This document shows, in pieces, positions 53,621-63,365 of a stretch of 64,000 nucleotides of DNA (the first letter of the stretch is position 1; every line of letters starts with the position of its first letter). The position numbers were made by a program, and so were the translations under genes. The notes under the pieces were generated by a model. That model had not been told where the DNA came from. It saw only the letters and a list, made by a program, of their open reading frames with translations, and ran no database searches. The stretch comes from Myxococcota bacterium. GTDB taxonomy: Bacteria; Myxococcota_A; UBA9042; PHBI01; JBMYRH01. The stretch spans positions 301,871 to 365,870 of the forward strand of contig JBMYRH010000003.1 of the NCBI GenBank assembly GCA_049602155.1, read 5' to 3'.

Positions 53621-54877
53621 ATGAACGGCACCTTGGACATGGCATCAATTCGAGCGCAGTACCCTGCCTTTAAGCGCACCCAAGGTGGCCAACCCGTGGT
53701 CTTCTTTGATGGCCCCGCCGGGAGCCAAGTTCCGCAACGGGTCATCGACGCCTCGAGCCACGCCTTGGGCTACGTGAACGCCAACACCCACGGAGAGTTC
53801 GTCACCGCGCTTGAGAGTGACGCCATGCTGGCCAAAGCGCACCAGGCCATGGCCGATTTGATCGGCGCAGATGACCCGAACCTCGTCGCCTTCGGCCCCA
53901 ACATGACGACGCTCACCTTGGGGCTCAGTCGAGCGCTCGGGCGCACCTGGGGGCCCGGTGACGAGATCGTCGTGACGCGCCTGGATCATGACGCCAACGT
54001 CTGGCCCTGGGCCCTCGCCGCGAAGGACGCGGGGGCAACGCTTCGGTACATCGAGATCGATCAAGAGGACTGTACGCTGGATATGGACAGCGCTCGGTCC
54101 GTCATTGGACCCAAGACCAAGCACGTCGCCGTGGGCGCCGCCTCGAACGCGGTGGGGACGATCAACCCGCTGCGTGAGGTCGCGGACTTGGCTCACGCGG
54201 TCGGCGCGACCTTCTTCGTCGACGCGGTCCACTACGCACCCCACGGGCTCATCGATGTCGACGCCTGGGGCTGCGACTTCCTTGCTTGCTCGGCCTACAA
54301 GTTCTTCGGCCCGCACGTCGGCGTACTTTGGGGCCGGCGTGAGTGGATGACGACCCTAGACGCTTACCGCGTGCGCCCGGCGGGTAACAACACACCCGAT
54401 CGCTGGATGACCGGGACTCAGAACCACGAGGGGATCGCGGGGGCGCTCGAGGCGGTCGAGTACCTCGCCGACCTAGGCCGCGAGGCCAGTGAAGACCCGA
54501 ACCTGGAGCGTCGCGACGCCCTGAAGGCCGCCTTCGATGTCATCGAGCGCCACGAATCCGAGCTGTGCCAACGCATGATCGGCGGACTTCAAGCCCTGGA
54601 TGGCGTGCGTGTCCTCGGCATCACAGACCCCTCAAAAGCAGCTCAACGCTGCCCCACGATCTCGATCGTGCACGACGCACACACACCCATGGCCATCGCC
54701 CGGCACCTCGCCGGCGATGGCATCTTTGTCTGGGAAGGGCACTTCTACGCTGTGGAGCTGAGCCAGACCTTGGGCTTGGAGCCCAACGGGATGGTCCGCA
54801 TCGGCCTGCTGCACTACAACACCGCCGGCGAAGTCGATCGGCTGATCGAGTCACTGCAGCGCCTGGTCAAAAGGTGA
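53621..54877 (+). CDS. Class V aminotransferase / cysteine desulfurase-like PLP enzyme
   Basis: IRAQYPAF...FFDGPAGSQVPQRVIDA N-terminus. TRLDHDANVWPW. SAYKFFGPHVGVLWG (PLP-Lys). Confidence 0.85.
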   Translation: MNGTLDMASIRAQYPAFKRTQGGQPVVFFDGPAGSQVPQRVIDASSHALGYVNANTHGEFVTALESDAMLAKAHQAMADLIGADDPNLVAFGPNMTTLTLGLSRALGRTWGPGDEIVVTRLDHDANVWPWALAAKDAGATLRYIEIDQEDCTLDMDSARSVIGPKTKHVAVGAASNAVGTINPLREVADLAHAVGATFFVDAVHYAPHGLIDVDAWGCDFLACSAYKFFGPHVGVLWGRREWMTTLDAYRVRPAGNNTPDRWMTGTQNHEGIAGALEAVEYLADLGREASEDPNLERRDALKAAFDVIERHESELCQRMIGGLQALDGVRVLGITDPSKAAQRCPTISIVHDAHTPMAIARHLAGDGIFVWEGHFYAVELSQTLGLEPNGMVRIGLLHYNTAGEVDRLIESLQRLVKR

Positions 54878-54880
54878 GCG

Positions 54881-55540
54881 TCACGTCGGGCGGCTGATCT
54901 TCAAGACGATCGCGACGAAGACACCGGCGACGAAGCCACCGATATGCGCCCACCAGGCCACGCCAGCCTCGCTGAGGCTCATGAACTGATAACCGAACCA
55001 GAGGCTCAACATGAGCAAGGCTGGGACCCTGATCCGCGTGATGAGGATGAAGATGAAGAGGAGCACGTGGACCTTGGCGCCGGGGTAGAGCACGGCGTAG
55101 GCCCCCAAGACCCCGGCGATCGCCCCTGAGGCACCCACCATCGGGACGCTCGGATCTCCGCCAAAGATGAACTGAGCGGCGGCGGCTACCCATCCCCAGG
55201 CGAGGTAAATCCCGAGGAATCGCAGGTGGCCAAGTCGGTCCTCAACGTTGTCCCCGAAGATCCACAGGAACCACATATTCCCGATCAGGTGCATCCAGCC
55301 CCCGTGCATGAACATGTGCGTCACCAGCGTGAAGGGGAGCGGCAAAAGCTCGACCCCTTGAGGCACCTCGCCTCCGATCAGGCGCGATGGCAGGAAGCCC
55401 GCGGCGTAGACCAACTCCACCAACGCCTGATCGGGCAGTGAGATCTCGTAAAGGAAGACCAGTGCGTTGATCAGGATGAGGGTCACGGTCACTACGGGGC
55501 GCTGCTGGTTCGGGTTGTCATCGTAAAGAGGGAGCAGCAT
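54881..55540 (-). CDS. Rhomboid family intramembrane serine protease
   Basis: HMFMHGGWMHLIGNMWFLWIFG and GASGAIAGVLGAY (GxSG catalytic Ser), AHIGGFVAG (catalytic His), polytopic. Confidence 0.9.
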   Translation of the reverse strand: MLLPLYDDNPNQQRPVVTVTLILINALVFLYEISLPDQALVELVYAAGFLPSRLIGGEVPQGVELLPLPFTLVTHMFMHGGWMHLIGNMWFLWIFGDNVEDRLGHLRFLGIYLAWGWVAAAAQFIFGGDPSVPMVGASGAIAGVLGAYAVLYPGAKVHVLLFIFILITRIRVPALLMLSLWFGYQFMSLSEAGVAWWAHIGGFVAGVFVAIVLKISRPT

Positions 55541-55610
55541 CGGTGGCCTTTTTGCGGGGTCCGGTCCCCGAAGATAGCATCGATCCTATGATCTCGAAGG
55601 ACACAGCGCC

Positions 55611-56396
55611 ATGAGGACGATCGCCGCGATCCAAGCACGCCTTGGATCGACACGGCTCCCCCAGAAAGTACTCGCTGACCTGAACGGCCTCCCTATGGTC
55701 CTTCAGATCGCGCGGAGGCTCGCAGCGTCTGCCGCGATTGACGACGTCGTCCTGGCGACGACGACCCACGCCTCAGACGACGCGCTCGCCGACGCCGTGA
55801 GTGCCCATGGGCTTGAGGTTCATCGCGGCGCAGTAGACGACCTGGTGGAGCGCCTCTACGGCGCCGTAGTGGCCTCCGAAGCTGACGTGCTCGTCCGTGT
55901 CTGGGGAGACTGTCCGTGCGTCGATCCCGGGGTCGTGACGCGCGCCGTGGAGACCCTCATCGAAGGCGACCACCTCTTCGTCTCGACCATGCGACCACCA
56001 GGACGCACGCTCCCGCTCGGCCTCGACATCGAGGTCTACCGAGGGGACTGCCTCGCGGCCATCCTCAAGGGCAGCGCGGACCCTTTCTATCGGGAATTTC
56101 CTGTTGAATTCGTCAACCGAGAGGTCGAGGGCAGCCGAGTCGGCGGCATTCGGCACCACACAGACGTCTCGGACCTGCAGATCACCGTCGACTACCCTGA
56201 AGACCTCACCTTCGCCCGGGCTGCGTTCGCCGCCCTCGATCGCCCCGATGACATCTTCACTGTCGATGAGCTCGTCGCGTGGATGACGAGCGACGCTGGT
56301 CGCGCTGCCCTCCCTGAAGGGCTGGCCCGCAACGCCGACTATTTGACCAAGAAGGCGGCCCACCAGGGCCCACCACAAGGAGTGACGTCTTCATGA
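55611..56396 (+). CDS. SpsF/NeuA-like sugar cytidylyltransferase family protein
   Basis: N-terminal IAAIQARLGSTRLPQKVLADLNGLPMV signature. First gene of a + strand operon. Confidence 0.75.
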   Translation: MRTIAAIQARLGSTRLPQKVLADLNGLPMVLQIARRLAASAAIDDVVLATTTHASDDALADAVSAHGLEVHRGAVDDLVERLYGAVVASEADVLVRVWGDCPCVDPGVVTRAVETLIEGDHLFVSTMRPPGRTLPLGLDIEVYRGDCLAAILKGSADPFYREFPVEFVNREVEGSRVGGIRHHTDVSDLQITVDYPEDLTFARAAFAALDRPDDIFTVDELVAWMTSDAGRAALPEGLARNADYLTKKAAHQGPPQGVTSS

Positions 56397-56992
56397 GCGA
56401 GACCATCCCTTTCCTCGACGGCAACCTCACCTTGCTACGCGGCCTCACCGAAGAGGACCTCGACGGCCCCATGTCTCAATGGTCCAACGACCGAGAGGTG
56501 ACGCGCATGCTCTATCGTGGCGCCTTCCCAGAGACCCGCGCGACCGCCGCCGCCGCGATGGCTGCCGTCGCTGCGAACCCGAGAGAGGTCGAACTCGCGA
56601 TCGAAGACAAGGCGTCGGGCAAGCATATCGGGATCGCAGGCATCCACTCGATGAACCCGATCGCGCACTCCGCAGAATTCCGAATCCTCATCGGAGAAAA
56701 GGGCTTCTGGAACGGCGGCTACGGTACCGAGGTCACGCAGCTGATGGTGGCCTACGGCTTCGAGGTCCTGAACATGCACAAAGTGTGGCTCGGGGTGACC
56801 GCCGATAACGTTGGCGCCGTGCGCTGCTACGAGAAGGTCGGCTTCGTCAAAGAGGGCGTCCTGCGCGCAGAGACCTATCGCAACAGCCGCTACTACGACG
56901 CCGTGCGTATGAGCATCCTCCGTCCCGAATACGACCAACTGCGAGACAAATGGGCGATCGCCGACAAACTCCAGACGCAATTCCCGCGGTAG
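56393..56992 (+). CDS. GNAT family N-acetyltransferase (RimJ/RimL-like)
   Basis: ATGA overlap with the upstream gene. WNGGYGTEVTQLMVAYGFEVLNMHKVWLGVTADNVGAVRCYEKVGFVKEG. Confidence 0.8.
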   Translation: MSETIPFLDGNLTLLRGLTEEDLDGPMSQWSNDREVTRMLYRGAFPETRATAAAAMAAVAANPREVELAIEDKASGKHIGIAGIHSMNPIAHSAEFRILIGEKGFWNGGYGTEVTQLMVAYGFEVLNMHKVWLGVTADNVGAVRCYEKVGFVKEGVLRAETYRNSRYYDAVRMSILRPEYDQLRDKWAIADKLQTQFPR

Positions 56993-57993
56993 CCATCTTC
57001 GGCTGCGGCCGAATCGGGAGCGCGCTCGATGAATCAGGGTCAGCCCACGTGTTGACGCACGCGGCGGCGTGCGCACAACACCCCCGCCTGCGACTGGCGG
57101 CCCTCTGTGACGCAGATCCAGAGCGCCTGAGGGAGGCTGGCCGAGCGCGTCATGTCTCCGCGCTCTATACCGACGCCGATGCGCTCCTCGAGGGTACCCC
57201 CATCGACGTGGCGGTGATCGCGACACCGACCCATCTCCGCACCCCAGTGGTTCAGAGCGCACTCGACGCTGGGGTCCGCACCTTCGTCATAGAGAAGCCA
57301 CTGGCATCAAGCCTCGAGGAGGCCGAGCACCTCGCTCAGCTGCTTCGAGCCCACGACGCCACGGTCTCAGTGAACTACCTTCGACGCTACGCTGCGGGCC
57401 TGATCGACGCCCGAGAGCGGCTCGTTCGCGGTGATCTGGGTGCGCCCCAGGTGGCGCGGGTGCTCTACGGCAAAGGCCTGAGCAACAATGGCTCTCACGC
57501 CATCGATCTCATGCGGTGGTGGCTTGGAGAGCCGTCACAGGTCACGGCGCTCGGTCATGTCTCTGATGGGCGTGATGACGACACGACCCTGCACGCCCAC
57601 TACACGCTCCGCACCAACGGAGGCGCCCTCCCCGTGACCCTCCAGGGCTGCGATCACCGAGCCATCTCGCTCTTCGAACTCGACGTGCTCTGCGCGCACG
57701 GACGGCTGCGGCTCACAGACCGCGGCGATCAGGTTCGAATCAGCACTGTCACCGAGGACCCGGCCTTCCCTGGTTACTCCGCCCTGGGGGCCGAGATCGT
57801 CACCTTAGGCGGCGTCAGTGACGCTCTCGCGGGGCTGTGGGACGACCTCGTAGCGGTGCTCAGCGGTCAGCGCGACGCGCCGCGTTGCACCCTGGAAGAT
57901 GGGCTCGCTGCCCTGCGCATCGTTGAAAGCACACGCCTGGCCTCGCGACGTGGCGAGGTCACACAGATCCCTGACCCCAGCATGACGAGGTGA
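56950..57993 (+). CDS. Gfo/Idh/MocA family oxidoreductase
   Basis: N-terminal Rossmann VAIFGCGRIGS and EKPLASSLEEAEHL motif. The 43-nt overlap with the GNAT gene makes the exact start uncertain. Confidence 0.8.
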   Translation: MGDRRQTPDAIPAVAIFGCGRIGSALDESGSAHVLTHAAACAQHPRLRLAALCDADPERLREAGRARHVSALYTDADALLEGTPIDVAVIATPTHLRTPVVQSALDAGVRTFVIEKPLASSLEEAEHLAQLLRAHDATVSVNYLRRYAAGLIDARERLVRGDLGAPQVARVLYGKGLSNNGSHAIDLMRWWLGEPSQVTALGHVSDGRDDDTTLHAHYTLRTNGGALPVTLQGCDHRAISLFELDVLCAHGRLRLTDRGDQVRISTVTEDPAFPGYSALGAEIVTLGGVSDALAGLWDDLVAVLSGQRDAPRCTLEDGLAALRIVESTRLASRRGEVTQIPDPSMTR

Positions 57994-57997
57994 GCCG

Positions 57998-59365
57998 ATG
58001 AGCACACCAGCGATCCTAGGCGGCGAGCCAGTACGCCACACCCCCTTCTTGCCTCGCACCACGATGGGGGAGCCCGAGAAGCGAGCCGCCATGGAGGTCC
58101 TGGACTCGGACGTCCTCAGCGCGTTCCTCGGTTCCTCAGGTAAATTCTTCCTCGGGGGCGCAAAGGTCAGAGCCTTCGAGGACGCGTGGCGCACACGCTA
58201 CGGCTTCAAGCACTGCGTGACCGTCAACTCCTGGACGACGGGCCTGATGGTCGCGTTTGGCGCAGTAGGCGTAGAGCCTGGAGACGAGGTGATCTGCCCG
58301 CCTTACACCATGAGCGCCAGCGCCACAGCGGCGATGTTCTACGGTGGTGTCCCCGTCTTCGCGGACGTCGAGGCCTCCACGTTGTGCCTCGACCCTGCCG
58401 ACTTCGAGGCGAAGATCACGCCCCGCACCAAAGCAGTCGTCGTCGTCCACCTCCTCGGACGGCCAGCCTCGATGGACCCCATCTGCGAGATCGCCAAACG
58501 CCACGGGATCGCGGTGGTCGAGGATGCTGCCCAAGCTCCCGGGGTCTTTTACCGTGGGCGCCCGGTCGGCACCATCGGGGACGTCGGCGGCTTCAGCCTC
58601 AACTTCCATAAGCACATCCACTGCGGAGAGGGCGGGGTCATCGTCACCGATGACGACGCCATCGCCCGGGCCTGCCAGCTGATCCGAAACCACGGCGAGA
58701 ACGCGGTCACCGAAGAGGAACTTGAGGCCTTGGTGAACCCCATCGGCGCCAATTATCGCCTCACCGAACTTCAAGCGGCCATTGGGCTGGCTCAGCTCGG
58801 GCGCCTCGAGGGCTACCTCACGACACGGCAGGCGCTGGCCCAGCACCTCACAGAGCGGCTCGGGGACCGGCCTGGGCTGACCCTCCAATCCGTCGAGCCT
58901 GGGAGCACACACGCCTACTACGTGTTCCCGATACGATACGACGCTGCGGTCATCGGGCTGTCTCGGTCGATGTTCGTTCGAGCCGTCTGCGCCGAATTGC
59001 CCACGCCGGAGGGCTTCGAGTCACTCCCATTGGCGGCCGGCTACGTGAAGCCGCTCTACCTAAACCCGGTCTATCAAAGACGCCGCGCACTAGGGCGCGG
59101 AGGCTATCCCTGGGCCTTCAACCCCGAGGTCACCTACGACTACAGCGAGGGGCTGTGCCCGGTCGCCGAGCGGATGTACGCCGAAGAGCTGCTGCTCTCT
59201 CCCTTGGTCCGAGAGCCGCACACCATCAAGGACATGGACGACTTCGCGGACGCGATAGAGAAGGTCCTGGACCACGCCGACGCCATCCGCCAAGGGGCCT
59301 CGCACCTCGACGATGGCCAGGTCGTCACCCCAGTGGACGCAGCGAATGCCACCAACACCACCTGA
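57998..59365 (+). CDS. DegT/DnrJ/EryC1/StrS family sugar aminotransferase
   Basis: ILGGEPV start, VVEDAAQAPG, SLNFHKHIHCGEGG (PLP-Lys), NYRLTELQAAIGLAQL. Confidence 0.9.
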   Translation: MSTPAILGGEPVRHTPFLPRTTMGEPEKRAAMEVLDSDVLSAFLGSSGKFFLGGAKVRAFEDAWRTRYGFKHCVTVNSWTTGLMVAFGAVGVEPGDEVICPPYTMSASATAAMFYGGVPVFADVEASTLCLDPADFEAKITPRTKAVVVVHLLGRPASMDPICEIAKRHGIAVVEDAAQAPGVFYRGRPVGTIGDVGGFSLNFHKHIHCGEGGVIVTDDDAIARACQLIRNHGENAVTEEELEALVNPIGANYRLTELQAAIGLAQLGRLEGYLTTRQALAQHLTERLGDRPGLTLQSVEPGSTHAYYVFPIRYDAAVIGLSRSMFVRAVCAELPTPEGFESLPLAAGYVKPLYLNPVYQRRRALGRGGYPWAFNPEVTYDYSEGLCPVAERMYAEELLLSPLVREPHTIKDMDDFADAIEKVLDHADAIRQGASHLDDGQVVTPVDAANATNTT

Positions 59366-60398
59366 GACCACGGGCCCCATCGCGTTCCTCGCGCGCCAAG
59401 CCGGGACCGCCGCGGCCTTCACGCCCCTCATCGACGCCCTTGAGGCCTCGGGGGACACCCCGCTCGTCATGGCCCTCGGCGACGCCCAGAGGAGCTGGGG
59501 AGCGCGTGCCTCACTGAGCCACGCGGCGTTCTCGGGGCTTGAGGGAGAGCTGGCCGCGCAAGCGCTCCCCTCCCTCTTGATCACCGGCACCTCCGCCGAG
59601 GTGGACGATGACGCGCGGAGCTGGCGGTGGGCGCGCCAAGCCGGTGTCCCGACTGTCGCCTTCGTCGACAGCTGGGTGAACTACGCGATGCGCTTCACTG
59701 CGTCTCACGGGGGCTGGGTCGACCCGCTCCCCGATGTGATCGCTGTGATCGATGAAGCCTCGCGGGAGCGCATGCGGCGCCTAGGCCTGCCTGACGGGCG
59801 CCTGCGTGTCCTGGGGAGCCCCGCGTTCGATGCACTAATGAGCCAAAGGAGCCCAAGCCCGTCGCAAGACGGCGGGGTCGAGCTGCTCTTCGCCAGCCAG
59901 CCCCTCGCGGGACGAGGGTTGGCGGCATCATGGAACGAGCATGCCGCGCTGGATCTGCTCATCGACACCCTCAAATCCATGGTCTTCGAGCTCCCCGTGA
60001 CGTTGGTGCTTCGCCGACACCCCGCCGAGCCCGAGGGGCTCTTCTCACCACGCCTCGAGGGCGCTCAATCACCTGACTTGCGGCTCCGTATAGACGACCG
60101 CCCGGACCGAATTGCCTCGGTGGCGGCAGCCCACGTGGTCGTGAGCGTCGTGTCGATGTTGCAGGTGGAGGCCCAGTGGCTAGGGCGCCCAGCGCTTTCC
60201 ATTCAGCCGGGTGATCCCGCTCCGGCGGACCTCTTGGACCTCCATCACGTCCCTGTAGCGACGGATAAGGTGACGGTCAAAGCCGCCCTTGAGCGCCTCT
60301 TGAGCGAGCGCTGGAGCGCGCCAAGTTCGCCACCTCTAGCGACCCCTCAATGGTTAGATTTCATCTCACAAATGTGCCGGTACGACCGGCGAGAATAG
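59346..60398 (+). CDS. Hypothetical protein, possibly a GT-B-fold sugar-processing enzyme
   Basis: Start chosen at ATG 59346, overlapping the DegT stop; the track gives 59313. The two-lobed alpha/beta pattern and operon context suggest a glycosyltransferase or hydrolase-like role. No diagnostic motif was recognised. Confidence 0.45.
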   Translation: MPPTPPETTGPIAFLARQAGTAAAFTPLIDALEASGDTPLVMALGDAQRSWGARASLSHAAFSGLEGELAAQALPSLLITGTSAEVDDDARSWRWARQAGVPTVAFVDSWVNYAMRFTASHGGWVDPLPDVIAVIDEASRERMRRLGLPDGRLRVLGSPAFDALMSQRSPSPSQDGGVELLFASQPLAGRGLAASWNEHAALDLLIDTLKSMVFELPVTLVLRRHPAEPEGLFSPRLEGAQSPDLRLRIDDRPDRIASVAAAHVVVSVVSMLQVEAQWLGRPALSIQPGDPAPADLLDLHHVPVATDKVTVKAALERLLSERWSAPSSPPLATPQWLDFISQMCRYDRRE

Positions 60399-60457
60399 TC
60401 CCCCCTGTCGGGTAGCAGGTGCACCCGACGATCTGATGTGCATAATGGGCGCCAATC

Positions 60458-61363
60458 ATGACAGGCAATTCACAAGACACAGTGGCTGAATCCCTTGAGA
60501 AGAGCGGGGATTGGGCGGGGCTCGCAGAGCACCTCCGTGAGCGGATGATGTCCGGCGACCCCGGGTACCATGACCTGGCAAATCGCCTGGCCGTCCTACT
60601 TGAAACCCAGCTGAGTCAGCCCGATGAAGCGGGCGACGTCCTTGAGTGGTTGCTCGATAAGGCCCCGGGCGACAACGACGTGCGCCACGCGCTGGAGCGG
60701 CTGCGAAGCGAGACGCAAAACTGGAGCGGGCTCGTCGCCGCCTACCGGCGCGGCCTGGACCTGGCCGAAGGGGCCCCTGAGAAGACGGCTATCCTGGAGA
60801 AGATCCTCCGCGTCCAACGTGACGGACAGGGTGATATCCAAGGTCAACGCGCGACCTGTGTTGAGACCTTGTCACTCCAACCAGACTGCGAATGGGCTTG
60901 GTCAGCCATCGCAGAGAGTCACGCCGCCGACGAGAGCTGGTGGGAGCTGGTCAAAGAGCTGGCCCAAGCGGCGATGAATGCTGGGGACAAGAGCGGCCCG
61001 ATCACCTTCCGCATCGCGACCGTGATGGACGAACATCTGGGTCAGGTCGACAAAGCCATCGCCCTCTATGAAGCGGCGCTCGGCGCGGGCGCAGAGCCCT
61101 TGCCTTGCCTAGATGCCCTCGAGGCGCTCTACGCCGAGAGCGAGAATTGGGCTCAGCTGATCGAGACTTACACGCGCCTCATACCGTACGCGGCCGATGC
61201 AGAGGAGCGCGCGACCCTGCAGCGCAATAGCGCCATGGTGCTCTCCGACGGGCTCAAAGATATTCAAGGCGCCATCGCCCTCTATGACGCGATCCTCGAA
61301 GAAAACCCAGAAGATAAAGAGGCGTTTCAAGCCATGATGGCGCTTCAAAAGCGCACAGGCTGA
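60458..61363 (+). CDS. TPR-like helical repeat protein
   Basis: Repeated A/L/Y-periodic helices, e.g. KAIALYEAALGAG and GAIALYDAILEENPEDKEAFQAMMAL. Confidence 0.6.
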   Translation: MTGNSQDTVAESLEKSGDWAGLAEHLRERMMSGDPGYHDLANRLAVLLETQLSQPDEAGDVLEWLLDKAPGDNDVRHALERLRSETQNWSGLVAAYRRGLDLAEGAPEKTAILEKILRVQRDGQGDIQGQRATCVETLSLQPDCEWAWSAIAESHAADESWWELVKELAQAAMNAGDKSGPITFRIATVMDEHLGQVDKAIALYEAALGAGAEPLPCLDALEALYAESENWAQLIETYTRLIPYAADAEERATLQRNSAMVLSDGLKDIQGAIALYDAILEENPEDKEAFQAMMALQKRTG

Positions 61364-61412
61364 GCGCGGCTTGCCCCTTGTCCTCTGCCCCAGAACGGGC
61401 TAACTGGCGGAC

Positions 61413-62723
61413 ATGATCACCGTCCTCCGTGCCGGCGCAGGCCGAGCCAACATCTCCCCAGCCAAGGGGACCTACCTCGCGGGCTATGGGCACCCGTTCC
61501 GAACCTCTAAGGCTGTTCGGGACCCCCTCTCTGTAACCGTCCTCATGCTCGATGATGGCGCCACACAGCTCGCGCTGGTCACCTTAGATGCCCTGAGCGT
61601 CCACGAGGACATCGTCGTCCGCCTGAGGGAGGTCGTCCACCACGCGACGAAGGTGCCCATCGCGCACGTGATGATCGCGTGCTCTCACAGCCACTGCTCC
61701 CCCGTCCTCTCCTCGCTTGAGGACAGCTCAAAGCGCCAACGAGACCATATTGAGATGACCATCACCCGCCTCGGTGAGGCGGCGCGCGACGCAGCGGCAC
61801 ACATGGCGCCTGTGACACTCCAGGTCGGGCGCGGTGAGAACACGATCGCGGTCAACCGCCGTGAGACCAACGCAAAGGGCGAGACCGTCATCGGCGTCGT
61901 CCCCGACGGCACCATCGATCCCGACCTCCTCGTCCTCCAGCTTCGTGACTCAGACGGAGGCGTCAAAGCCACCGTGGTCAACCTCGCGTGCCACCCGACC
62001 TGCTTAAGCCCGAAACATAGGGTCGCCACAGCGGCTTGGCCTGGGCAAATGCGCGCGGTCGTCGAGGCCGAGACCAAGGCCCCTGTCCTCTTTATGCAAG
62101 GTGCGACCGGGGACCTGAACCCTGACGCCTCTTGGGGCAAAGCCGAGATCGAGGCCATGGTGCGGCTCGGCAACACCGTCGGCGAAGCCACCCTGAGCGT
62201 CCTTGAGCGCATGGACGACGTCACCGGGGTGCCTTTGGCGGCAGCTCGGGTAGAGGTCCCCATCCCGATCGCCACTGAGCGAGGCCCAAAGGGCGAGCCG
62301 CTGGACCACCTTGACGGCCTGCGGAAGAAGATCCCCCTGCCACGCTTCGCCATTCGATGGCTCCTCAACCGCTGCTATCCTTGGCAGTCGAGGCAGACCA
62401 TGACCCCCGACGGCACCTCTGCGGTCCCGATGGAGGCCCAGGTGCTTCGGTTGGGCGAGGTCGCGCTCATCGGGTGGGCTGCTGAGGTCTTTCATGGGCT
62501 CGCGGTCGCCATGAAGGCGCAGTCACCGGCGACCGTCACGCTCTTCGCCGGATACTCAAACGGGATGATTGGCTACCTGCCGACCGCCGAGGAGCACGCG
62601 CGCGGCGGCTACGAGGTCGATGTCTCCCCCTATTTCTATCGCCTTGGGGGGCCACTGGACCCGAGCGCTGGCGAACGCGCATCCAAGCAGTCACACGAAC
62701 TTCTCGCGCGGCTCTTCTCATAG
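61413..62723 (+). CDS. Neutral/alkaline ceramidase N-terminal-domain-like hydrolase
   Basis: N-terminal GAGRANISPAKGTYLAGYGH (family pattern G.A..DITPP.G..M.GY) and later CSHSHCSP and GYSNGMIGYLPT. Confidence 0.65.
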   Translation: MITVLRAGAGRANISPAKGTYLAGYGHPFRTSKAVRDPLSVTVLMLDDGATQLALVTLDALSVHEDIVVRLREVVHHATKVPIAHVMIACSHSHCSPVLSSLEDSSKRQRDHIEMTITRLGEAARDAAAHMAPVTLQVGRGENTIAVNRRETNAKGETVIGVVPDGTIDPDLLVLQLRDSDGGVKATVVNLACHPTCLSPKHRVATAAWPGQMRAVVEAETKAPVLFMQGATGDLNPDASWGKAEIEAMVRLGNTVGEATLSVLERMDDVTGVPLAAARVEVPIPIATERGPKGEPLDHLDGLRKKIPLPRFAIRWLLNRCYPWQSRQTMTPDGTSAVPMEAQVLRLGEVALIGWAAEVFHGLAVAMKAQSPATVTLFAGYSNGMIGYLPTAEEHARGGYEVDVSPYFYRLGGPLDPSAGERASKQSHELLARLFS

Positions 62724-62787
62724 AGTGAGAGGCCTTGCTCACACGAGGGTGACCCATTAAGGTCTCGCGACTTTCAGGGAGAGCGCG

Positions 62788-63363
62788 ATGTGTGTGCGTG
62801 GAAATGCCTTGGGTACGCTAGCGATCCTAGCGATGCTCATGGGATGTCAAAGCGAGACCGTGGGGTACTACCCGGACTCCGAGATGACCATTGGTAAAGA
62901 TGTGGCCACCTCCGGTGACACGACGAGCGGTAACAATGGCCCCACAGGCGACGTCACCGGCGCACCAGACGGCGGCGCCGACGAGGCCCCGCTGCTCACC
63001 GGCCCGGCCTGCGCTGCGGATGACGAGTGCGCCTCGGAGACCTGCATCACCACCGAGTTCCTCGAGAGCTTAGGGGCCACCGGGATCGACATCCCGGGCG
63101 GCCTGTGCAGCAAACTCTTGTGCAGCTCCGACGATGACTGCGGACCCCAAGCCACGTGCATTGACGGGGCCCCCTTTGGCGCCGATGGCTTTCAAATCTG
63201 CCTGTCGACCTGTGAAGGGTTGATGGACTGCCGGTGGGAAGAGTCCTGGGGCTGCATCGCGCCGCTGAGCGATTCACCAGAACTCTCGGTCTGCCTGCCC
63301 GACAACGTCATCGTGTCACTGGAATGCGAGCAATCGGGCACCTGTGAGGAGGACTCACCGTGA
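62788..63363 (+). CDS. Cys-rich hypothetical lipoprotein
   Basis: LAILAMLMGC lipobox, Gly/Asp/Thr linker, then CAADDEC...C.S.DDDC style Cys-rich domain. Confidence 0.55.
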   Translation: MCVRGNALGTLAILAMLMGCQSETVGYYPDSEMTIGKDVATSGDTTSGNNGPTGDVTGAPDGGADEAPLLTGPACAADDECASETCITTEFLESLGATGIDIPGGLCSKLLCSSDDDCGPQATCIDGAPFGADGFQICLSTCEGLMDCRWEESWGCIAPLSDSPELSVCLPDNVIVSLECEQSGTCEEDSP

Positions 63364-63365
63364 AG

